Origin: the human T2T-CHM13v2.0 reference genome, Homo sapiens
Assembly: GCF_009914755.1 (NCBI RefSeq)
Contig: NC_060929.1
Reading direction: 5' to 3' (one strand)
Length of the DNA stretch: 64,000 nt
In this document: positions 53,621-64,000 of the stretch, piece after piece
How the letters are laid out: each line of letters begins with the position of its first letter
Numbering within the stretch: the first letter of the stretch is position 1
Position numbers and translations under genes: made by a program
The notes under the pieces: generated by a model
Told to the model about the DNA's origin: nothing
The model's input: the letters and a program-made list of their open reading frames with translations, nothing else
The model's database searches: none

Positions 53621-54115
53621 GCCTTAAATTCTCAAAGCTGTGCCCTAAATAGAGGACTAGACAGTAAGACTCAAGCCGTGGTTAACAAAGCAGCATTATC
53701 TCACTTCCTGGAAATGTGATGTACATTTCCTAATAAACCTCATAAGCATTTTTGATTCCAAATGGTGCTACTAAAAGTTTCGGAGAACTTAATTTACTCT
53801 TTAGGTTAATGTTTTGGAAAAAAAGTTTCATTTAAATTTTGATCTGTCCTGTCTCACTTTTAAATTTCTTATCAGATATTGTGAAACATTACTAAAGAAA
53901 CACAGAAATACTATCCTGTTTTATGAATTTGTAGTAGCTACTTTGAGCTACTATCAAGAGAAAGCCCATGGTGTAGTGGGTTGTATAAATCCACCTCCTT
54001 GACTAGAGAGGAAATTTAGAGCAATACATCATGACTGCTACTTAAGTGATGCTCAATGAATGTCAGTATTAAATTATTCTGGTCAGTTTTGCTTGTTTGT
54101 TTGTTTGTGTGTTAG

Positions 54116-54249
54116 GTCAGATTGAAGTTATCATGGATCGAAGACTCATGCAAGATGATAATCGTGGCCTTGAGCAAGGTATCCAGGATAACAAGATTAC
54201 AGCTAATCTATTTCGAATACTACTAGAAAAAAGAAGTGCTGTTAATACG
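54116..54249 (+). CDS. MAN2A1: MAN2A1 coding exon (probably exon 19)
   Basis: gtgttag|GT ... ACG|gtatga; 134 nt, phase 1->0; (G)[44 protein letters not shown], including the GH38 DRRLxQDDxRG motif. Confidence 0.97.
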
Positions 54250-54604
54250 GTATGAAAAAATAACTAGCATGATCTGATATTGATTGTTCTTTGTCACCCA
54301 AAACTTGAAATTATGACTTTCCACTTTTAAAATTTTAAAAATCATTTCCAATATTGAGATTTCTTTATAGTAGATGTGGCCCACATTCACAGAAAGAGAA
54401 CTTCAGTTATAAATATCGTGTAAGATTTGCACTTAGGTCTTTTTATTTTTTATGTTTGCTTATTATGTAGATAAAAAATAATGACAGGAAATCACTTTGG
54501 GTAAATATTCCTGAAATTATTTTGAAAGACATAAGAATTGAAAAATTGAGCTAAATAAAAGTTAAAGAATAGAACTTAGTCATATACTTAGGAGATTAAA
54601 TTTG

Positions 54605-54650
54605 GTAAACTTTATTTGAAATCTTAGTAAAATTTATTTGAAATCTTAGT
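54605..54650. repeat. 22-bp tandem duplication
   Basis: gtaaa(c/a)tttatttgaaatctta x2. Confidence 0.9.
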
Positions 54651-54779
54651 GTACTTATTCTAGTCTTAGACTCTTCAGTTGAAAATGTATTTATATGTAG
54701 GTTTTCTATGAGGTTTACTCCTCAAAGCAAAAATCTAGTACTCTGTGTTGAATGGTCTGGCAAAAGCCCAGCTGGACCT

Positions 54780-56706
54780 GAATGACCTGACGATATGCTT
54801 GTTCAGGCAAAGTTATCTTCAGAGTTCTCCGTAAGTTATTGATCCACCCACCTTGGATAGCCCTGAGCATGGGCTTTTTCTTTTTGCTCTATTCTCCTTT
54901 CTGCACCTGACCATTGCAAGTCCTTTCTGCTCTTTTCAGCCAGTGATCGTACCTTTCACTTTATAGAGAGAACAGCCATTAGACAGGGCTCTCTGTTCCA
55001 GTTATCTAACATCTACTCCCACCCTTCCCATCTTTCCTCCTGTTACATTTAAAAGACACTTTACAGTCCATCATCCTAGGCAGGTCCCACCACTTGTCCT
55101 TGGAACTTACTCTCTTCACCCACCTCAGCATCCTTTTACTGTTCATTCTCTCCCTCTCTCTTTCTCCCTTGCTCCTCATATCCAACACTTCCTGGGAGAT
55201 TCTTTCTGTTAGCTTTTGAACACTCTGTTTTCTTCTATTAAAAGTAGAAATGGAATACAGCCTTCCTTCAGACTCTTATTTCCATTTCCTGTAAGCTGCT
55301 ATCCTCTTCTCTCCTACCCAATTGAGTCAGAGTTTATGAGATGAGTTTATTTCATCACTTCCTTCTCACAATCCATTTGTTTCAGTCTGGCTTTAGCCTC
55401 CATCATATTCTGAAAGAGCTCTTTCCGATGTCAGTAGATCCAGTGCATATTGACTTTCGTCATCTTACTTCACCTTTCAGCAGTATTTGGCACTGGCCAT
55501 TGTCACTCTCTAAAATACTGCCTTGCCAGGGCTTCTATGGAGCTATGCAGTTTGGTTTTCCTCCTACCTGTCTGGCAGTTCTTTATCTCTCTAATAGTTC
55601 TCTACTCAGCCATTAAATCTTAGAGCTCTCAAAGCATGTCCCCTGGCCTTCTCCTTTTCTTATTTTTTATGCTATCCCTTGGCAATCTCTTCTACTCCTC
55701 TGGTTTTGTTTGCATCTTCCACACAGGTAGAAGCCACTAATACATATCTCCAACTTAGGCTTGTGTCTGACCTCCTGATTTATCTATCTAATTGCTTCCT
55801 GATATTCTCTGTTTAGAAGGACACCTCAAGTTTGACATATCCAAAACACTCATAATCTCTCTTCTCTCCCAAACCTGGCCCATTTTCAGTGTTCCCCCCA
55901 GTCAACAGCCACCGCCATCCATACAACTCCAAGACAGACATGAGTTCTGCCTGATAGACACTTCTCCCCATCAGCCTTTTCTCACAGAGTAATTGCCATC
56001 ACCTATCTATCTCATTGCCTGAATATTTCAAATTTATAATCTTCTTTACTTCCACCACCCTAATCTAAAGTGACTTCCTGTATTTCCTGGGTCTAGCCTA
56101 TACACATCCACCCTGTTCTCTTTCTGCCGTATGTCTGTTCTTAACCCAGAAGGCAGAATGGTTTTTTTTTTTGTTTTTTTTCAAAGCCACATCTAACTTT
56201 ATTGCTTCCTGTTGAACCCTCTGATATCTTCTCATTGCTATCAGTATAAAAGTCAAAATTTCTTACCACGGCCTCCAGAGCCCCTCATGATATGGGCCCT
56301 GCATGTCCCCTAGGCATTGGCATTGGCATGCCTTTTACTGTGTCTGCTTTAGGCCCACTGGTTTCCTTTAAGTCCCAAGTACTTTCCATCCCCTCCTCCC
56401 CACCGCACTTTTGCACATGGCCTGTTATCCTCTGCCTTAGAGACTCTTGGTGATAGTTCCGGTTAGTGCTTACTTCATCAGCTGCTTCTGGACCAGGTTA
56501 AAAGCCCTTCCCCTATGCTGCCTCCAAACTGTGCATCTCACCTTCCTGCAAGTGTGCGATTATTTGATCCTGTCTTCTCCCCTCCTTTGGACCATAAACT
56601 CCATGAGAGTGGGGAATGTGCCTTTCTTTGCTTCTAGGATTGTTCCTGGCAGAGGACATGCCTAATATATGTCATATGAATGAATATCGAAATGCATAGA
56701 TGAATG
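54780..56706 (+). mobile_element. L2 LINE 3' fragment (~1.9 kb)
   Basis: C/T-rich; cagtctggctttagcctccatca, cagcagtatttggcact, acacctcaagtttgacatatccaaaac, ataaactccatgagagtgggga; ends tgaatgaat. Confidence 0.7.
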
Positions 56707-57780
56707 AGCTGTTAGAGTACATTTTGCCACTGTATTTATTGCAATTTCTGCCTATTACCTTGTCTTCATATGCATGTTGCATTCCTCCTACTAGATTCCA
56801 GGGACTTGTTGCCTTCATTTTCATTTGTCCTTATATTTGGTAGACATTCTTTAAACAAAATACTAGTTGATTGAATGAAATAGCAACAGCTAATTAAAGC
56901 AAAAATTCTTCCAGTATTTAGAATATTTTAGAAAAAAGAATTAGTATCCACTTTAGATGTCAAGAGCCATACCATTCTTGAGACTCATATTTTAAATCAA
57001 TCACTGACAAGATAGCTTAGTTTTAAGGACTAAATCTGCATAGGAAAATCATTGTCTGAGTGCTGACAGCTACTGTCTTTTGCTCCTCCTGAAAAAGTTT
57101 CTCGCTTATATGACTTTATATTGACACTAATCTATAAAACTTCTGTTAACTGCAATAATAAAAATTTTCACATCAAATCTATAAAGCTTTGACTTAGAAG
57201 TGAAATAATTTGTTTATTCCCATTCAGAACTCCTTGGATAGTAATTGATTTAAATTTAATTTAATGTTTTTATGTTGATTAAATTTTTCTTTTACTCAAG
57301 TATAGATTCTGGGTCTTCAATTAATGGTTTCTTTTAAATAAGAAATGAACTAGAGAAGAGAAAATACATTTTAATGTCTAGTGAAAATAATTAAAAAGAC
57401 ACTTAATTGATGAAAGTTAATACCATGTAACTTGAATTTTCTAGAAAGAGTTCTTAATTTCAACTCAGACTCAAATATCTAAAATAATGATGGAGGGAAG
57501 TGAAGTAGGGGGATACTCCCTGAATAGGAAGAGATTTTAATGGGAAGCCCTGAGCATGACAGAGCCTCATGGAAATAATCCCGAGCTGACTAAGTGGAAG
57601 TAAGTCCTGTCCTCAGAGAATTCTGCAGAGAGTCAGTAAAAACAAGGACTTGGATGATATCCACTGTGTAATATGTGCAGGTGTCCAGTGAGGACTGTGG
57701 CTGCACGAGGTTGACCATCATTTATGCTAATCATCCTCAAAGCCAATAGAAATGGAAAATAGGATTCATCTCTTTGGCAT

Positions 57781-58149
57781 TGCCAGGGTTTGAATGTGTC
57801 CCCCAAAAGTTCATGTGTTGAAAACTTGGCTACCATTGTGGTAATGTTGGGAGTGGGACCTTTGGGAGGCTTTTGGGTCATGGGGGATCTGCCTCATGAA
57901 TGAATTAATGCCATTATCATCGGAATGGGTTAGTTATTGCAGGAGTGGCTTTGTTATAAAAATGAGCTCTCTTGCACTCTCTTGCCTTTTCACCATGTGA
58001 TAATGCAGCAAGAAGGCCCTCACCAGATGCCAGTGCCATGCTCTTGGAATTCCCAGCCTCCAGAACTGTGAGCTGAATAAACTTCTTTTATAGATAAATT
58101 ATCCAGTCTGTGGTATTCTGTTGTGGCAGGAGAAAATGGACTAAAAACA
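57781..58149 (+). mobile_element. MaLR solo LTR (MSTB-D family)
   Basis: TG...CA termini; ggtttgaatgtgtccccc...cagcctccagaactgtgag...ggactaaaaaca; 5-bp TSD GGCAT at 57776-57780 and 58150-58154. Confidence 0.88.
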
Positions 58150-61100
58150 GGCATTGACGGCTTTAGGATTTGTTTCTTTGACGGTTTATCCTTACCCCTT
58201 TCCTGCTACTGGTTGGTTAATGAGGCACTGAGCTAGGAACCCTGTAAGTGTTCAAATGTTAAAATTGTGTTGTTGTACCTTTAAATATAAGGAGAAGAAA
58301 TTGGGAGAGATCAGATTAAAATATTAAATACTTATATGGTTTAGAAAAGTGACAGCATAAGGGAGATCAACCAGGTTTAAGGGTAAATACTTAGGTGACC
58401 AGAAGATCTACAGTAAACTTGAGGACATATCCCACCAAGACCCACAACTCAGCTCCAGCTGATTGTTTCCACAATAGGACTGAATGCCTGCCCAGGGTGA
58501 CACAGATTTCCAGTTTCTTGGGTAAAAAACAAAAAATGTGTTTTGGGTTTTTTGAGGTTGCTTTTTTATTATGAATTTTTTATTAAAGAGTTGGCTTAAA
58601 AACAAAAAAAAAAAAAACATTTTAATACCATACAGACCTACCAAAATGTGTTATCTACAAATCTGCCCCACAGTCTTCAGCTACAGATACTTACCTCCAA
58701 ATGTTATGATTCAATGTATTATTCTTCATTTTCTCTCCTCCTTCCTCTTTGTCTTTTTTACTCCACCCTTCCTCTCTAGTGTTCTTCTTTCATTTATTTA
58801 TATTGCATTTGCTTATTAAATTAATAGATTTACTTCAACAGACATTTATTAAGTTCCCACCATGTTTCAAGTCAAACTGAATAAACAAGGGTAACTTAAA
58901 AAATGGTCTCTTACTATCTCACCATGATTTAACAGGATCGTTTAACTCAAAGTGAGCTTAATAAAGGGCACCAAGAAGTCTGGCAAGAAGTTCTGACTCA
59001 TGGACTAAGGGCTGGAACCCAGTGAGGAAGAGCTGTACTTTGTGTGGTTTGGATCAGAAGGTGCTAGAAACTTTCTTTAATGTCAGACAGGCTGCAGAGA
59101 GAAAGCTACACTTATACAGTCTGAAACCTTCCAACCAACAAGAAATTAAATAAGGTTTATAGTACTAGATTAGTTAAGTACAAGGCTGGGGTATTCATTT
59201 ATAACTTAAACACATAAAATTTCCTGTAGAAAACATGTTTTTAAAACTTTGGGTTTATCATATGATTTACAGTGGAAAGGTTACCTTTGTAGAGATTAAT
59301 TTAAATATTGATGGTTCAACAGTTAATATCTTGTTGAGCCTCTTGTTGCTGTAAATATGATAAGAAAGTACATGAATGGCAGAACTCTGGGTGAGACTTT
59401 GCCACTCCAACCTGGCCAGCCTCCAGCAGTGTTATTTTTTCATGGTGCTCTTAGGGTAGTGAACCACAACTCTTCTATAAACTTCCTTATCTTTCTAAGG
59501 ACAGTAAACTACACAGTTTTTAAATTCTTGAAGTCCTTAATATCCATGACATTGTTTCCTTTTAGAAGACTCCCATCAAAATGTCTTTGAAACTGAATCT
59601 TGTTTTTCTAATGCAAAGGTAGTTAAAAGGTAAAGTTTATCTTTTGATTCTAAAGGGAGCTCTGTTTTCTCTATAAGATTGGATGTCTGGGGTGGCACTT
59701 CCCGGCACAGGGTCATGGAGCAGTGTGCGGCTAACTCCATGAAATTCACCTGGGGAGGCTTTTCAGCTTTGCATTTTCAGGACCCCACCTCTCAAGATTG
59801 TGTAGATTTGGGATAGGACCCAAGAATCTATGTTGATTAGAGGTGCCCCAACTCATTCTGTTGTGTGGTTAATTTGGGGAAACACCAATGGTTAGGAAGA
59901 ACTAATTTGGTTTGGAGGATTGGTATATATGCACGTTATTGCTTCTGGAGTATAGAAGATTAATCAGGAAGTGTTCTGGCTACTCACTGGAGTGGTGAGG
60001 AATTACTCCAAGAGTGTGGAACAAAGCCAGAGCTTTCTCTGAATGTTTCTTGACCTAGAGTGGACTTAATACTTCCCAGATTTGATGAGGGAGGTGTTTT
60101 CTTTTCTGTTTGAATCTTTTATGTTTTATTACTCGTGAGTGACTTTGTCAGCAATCCTAACTTAGATTATGAAGTCCTTTGATCTTGGAGTACATTTAAA
60201 ATATCTTGTTGAAATTGTTCCCTCTCTATTCATGTTATTCTACGAGCTGCATTAAATTTCAGTGTTGTTGGAGAATATTATTTTATATGCTTTATTTAAT
60301 CTTTCTTTTAATACAATTCATTCAGACCCGATTTTTTATCAGTATCTTAATATTGCAGTGTCCCTCTGCTGTCTTAAAATTTTTTTTTTCTCTCTCCATA
60401 GTCTGAAATGTAATGACATCTAATGTTAGCTTCTGGCACGATGCTAGTCACTTTTTGCTAGCACCCTTCTGTGCAATGCTAATCTGACATTCTGAATTTT
60501 AAGCTGTATATCTCTATAAATCCTGTCTTTTCACACAGATCAGTAGCCAAGCCTTTTATCTGAGCCTTATATTACAAAAAGGATGCAAAATCAGAAGATG
60601 TCAATGGAGTAATCATTTTAAGAAATAAGATACAAAATTAAATTTGGTTCAAATGTAACTGGTGATCAAAGGACCTTTCTGCATAAATTATTTTCTAAGT
60701 TATTTGTGTCTGTTTTTACTCCTTAGGTTAAGATTCTACTCAGTCATTGATTTAATTTTGCATGTCATCTAGCATATTTAATCTACCAACATTAGTAGAT
60801 TATTTAATGTTTGAACATACAGAAGTGTTGCTTTTAACCATATACCATAGCAAAAACTAAAGCATTTTAAATTATATGGAATAATCATATACTATGTAAG
60901 TGTGTGATAACTATTCAGTAACATATTTAACACTTCTACTTTTGGAATAAAAATAGTGAAACAATTGGCAATGATTTACCAAGTTGAAAGAAAACAATCA
61001 GATGATCTAGGCATGCCGCCTATGTTATTTATATTTAAAAATTGGATTTATTTTGAGAGTTTTGTTTTCTTTAAATTCTGTCATTGGGTAACATTTAGTT

Positions 61101-61599
61101 CCTATCATTTGGTAACATGGATGGACTTTAGCTTTGAATCAGTATATGCCTTTATGGTCTTGTTAAGGGGTATAAATGAAACTACAAGAATATGGTGGAT
61201 GAAACCTGAGAAGGGAGATAATATTTGATGATGCACAACATATAATCTATGTACAGCCCAATCCTTGTACTTTGAGAGTTTTGTGATAGGTTGAGAATTT
61301 TCATAAAAAGGTATGCCTTGTCCTGAAATGTTTGTAGGAAATGTTTTCAGTATTTTTAGTATTAAATCAATGGAAGATATATTTTAAACATATGAGTTAG
61401 ATGTGTGCTGTTTATTTTCTTTTATTGCTTACAACTAAACTTGGTAGTTTATGGAGTATTTTCTAAGACTGTTATTTATAAAATGTAATAAAACCAAATT
61501 ATTCATATATTTTTATATTAAACCCTCTCAGATAATTCTGTTAATATGATGAGAACTGGAAATATAGACCTCTTAAACATTTTTGTTTTTTCTTGATAG

Positions 61600-61794
61600 G
61601 AAGAAGAAAAGAAGTCGGTCAGTTATCCTTCTCTCCTTAGCCACATAACTTCTTCTCTCATGAATCATCCAGTCATTCCAATGGCAAATAAGTTCTCCTC
61701 ACCTACCCTTGAGCTGCAAGGTGAATTCTCTCCATTACAGTCATCTTTGCCTTGTGACATTCATCTGGTTAATTTGAGAACAATACAGTCAAAG
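61600..61794 (+). CDS. MAN2A1: MAN2A1 coding exon (probably exon 20)
   Basis: tcttgatag|GAA ... TCAAAG|gtatgt; 195 nt, phase 0->0; EEEKKSVSYPSLLSHITSSLMNHPVIPMANKFSSPTLELQGEFSPLQSSLPCDIHLVNLRTIQSK. Confidence 0.97.
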
Positions 61795-62618
61795 GTATGT
61801 CTCAAAATATATCTTATAAAAAATTACTGTTTATTATGTACTTGTTTTAAGGGGGTAAGGAAAGGAGAAAAAAATAATGTATGCTTTACTATGCTTTGAG
61901 GAATTATTAACAGGGCTTCACCTTTAGCCAAAAGCTTCATGCCTTTCATTTGACTATTGCTGTATATTTTAGAGTATATCCTGATACTAATTTACTCTTA
62001 AGTTCTGTATGGCGAGCAGGTCAGGAAATACCATTAGTAGGTGGGCAATCTGGGCCTTAAGTTTAGCACTAGTGACTTTTCCCATTCATTTCTCCTTGTT
62101 AGACAATATCTCTCAGAAGCTAGAGAAATAGTACTTAGTTATTTCTATATCAGAGGCTTTGTATTTTCGTACCTTTCTCTTGAGAATCACTGCAACTCAG
62201 TTTCCCATTAGAAAACCAACTGTTTAGAAGAAATATTAGAGGAAAAGCATGGGGAAGTTTTATTAGGTATGAAATTTAATTTAGTTAGACTGCAGTTATA
62301 TACATACCTGTTTTTAACATCAAAAAGATTGCATTTGGAAAGAATAAGAATTAGACATTTGACATTGTTCTTATGTGTTGCAAAGCTGTTTTGATATTGC
62401 AAATTGACATAGATTTAGCTGGAAATAGTAAGTGGTTATGGATTCTGTGGAAAATATCTCATGGTAAATGGCCTAAGTATGAAAAGAAGAGGATGCTCAT
62501 GTTTAAAGACAATATAAGAGGTGAGAAATGTTTAATGTAGAACAAAGAACTAAAGCAATAAAGTAAGGATAAATGCCTATAATTTGGATATTAGAGATTT
62601 ACAACTTTATGTCTAAGA

Positions 62619-63156
62619 TATAGGAGAAAAAATATAATTTTTTTTTCTTTATAGATTTTTAGTTGAGACACTTTTGAAAGCAAAGGTCAGATAAACAGGG
62701 GAAAAATAGCAATAGTATATTGTACATGCTATACCTGTCACTTGGGAGAGGCCTAAGTTCAAAAGTATTTTTTTCCCAAGGCAGTGGTTTTGGGACCTTG
62801 CCTAAATAATGTTTTAACAAAGAGCCATAAATCCTCTAGAGACAAGACAAAGAAGAAAGCACCTTCAGGCTTCCAAAAGGTAGGAAAATGTGGGAGGATA
62901 AATTTATGGGAAGAGTGAAGTCTGCTCCTAGATGCTCTGGCACTGCTGTCTCTTAGCTAATTAGCAAGCCTTGTAAAGGGGCCTGTCTTTAGACAAGAAA
63001 AGGCAGAGAGGAAGGGATGAAGACCTCTTGTATTTGTAAATTGCTGTCCTGCCATCAAGCAGGCAGAAGAAGGGACAGAATGGCCCCCTGGTTTTTTTCC
63101 TTCTTCAGCTCAATAATCCTCAGTTTTTTGAGAGAGAAGTATTTTGGTTTCCTTCA
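62619..63156 (-). mobile_element. ERV1 (MER4-group-like) solo LTR
   Basis: The minus strand begins TGAAGGAAACCAAAATAC; cagataaacagggg near the other end. Subfamily not resolved. Confidence 0.55.
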
Positions 63157-64000
63157 GAGATAAGGAACTTATGCTTGGCTATGCAGGCAAACATATATGA
63201 CTTATAATAATGACTACAAGCAAATGCTCGAGGCGTGTGTGTGTGTGTGTGTATTGAAAGGCTTTTTAAAATCATTATCAGTGAACTTGCAGGATTTATT
63301 TCCTACCCACTACATGTCAGTTACTGCCATAAAACACACAAATGCCCCTGCCCTTCTAGAGCTTAGATTCTAATGGGAGGAGAAAAACAAGAAAAAGTAA
63401 GAGAAATATGTAATATGTTAGATGGTGTTAAGTGTTATGAAGGAGTAAAAAGGGAACAGCCATTCAAAGGAGGTAACACAATTTTGATTAAGGTGTGTAG
63501 AGAGGGCCTCACAGAGGTGATAATGGAGTAAAAATCTGAAGAAGGTCAGAGAATAAGAGACTCCTGCAGATTTCTGGGGGTAGAGTGCTCCAGGAAAAGA
63601 GCAAGTGTGAAGGCCCTGAGGCCGGAGAGATATGTGGCCAGAACAGAAGCTCCATGAGAGCTATGCTTGTCCTTTATTCATGGCTATATCCCCGTGAAGA
63701 AGAGTGTCTGCACATAGGATCTCAAAAACTATTTTGAATCAGTGAATTGTGTAGATGTTTTTTCTAGGATTCTGCTGTGGTTTTTTGTAGGTCTACATTT
63801 TGGCTCCCCGAGGTGTCGTGTCATAAATTCATGAGCTAAAAGAAACAGAAAGAATAGAGTGGAGGGCATCAAATACTCTGGGCTTGAGGTTACCACCACC
63901 CAGCATAGATGGTAGAGGACATCAGCGACCTGAAGAACCCAGAGGCTTCTGGGGAGGATGGGCGGTCACCATCCCTTAGCCTCACTTCTAGGTGGCTCCT

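Overview
AT-rich hominid (most likely human) genomic DNA, not prokaryotic. The window lies inside MAN2A1 (Golgi alpha-mannosidase II, GH38) on the + strand. Eight coding exons can be read directly, and their GT-AG boundaries and phases chain correctly: 23735-23900, 26131-26349, 26682-26804, 30185-30299, 48789-48922, 52325-52466, 54116-54249 and 61600-61794. By my recollection of the gene model these are exons 13-20. The rest is intronic and full of transposable elements: about 13 Alu/FLAM copies, a full-length antisense SVA with TSD, a near full-length Hsmar2 mariner, MER47A nested in MER2, several MaLR/ERV solo LTRs, and L1/L2/MIR remnants. The most notable non-routine features are: (1) an antisense CT45 cancer/testis-antigen retrocopy (46396-47332) with TSDs, a poly(A) tail and an indel-free ORF broken by a single in-frame TGA; (2) a textbook 3' splice site (CACTAAC branch point, T15, AACAG) that this retrocopy's tail creates on the MAN2A1 strand, predicting a 137-nt poison exon; (3) a 36-nt tailless U2 snRNA retrocopy with TSD; (4) a tailless Alu; (5) a candidate poison or alternative exon in the long upstream intron. 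Almost all ORF-track entries are spurious. Family and subfamily names, exon numbers and reference sequences come from memory, not from database searches.
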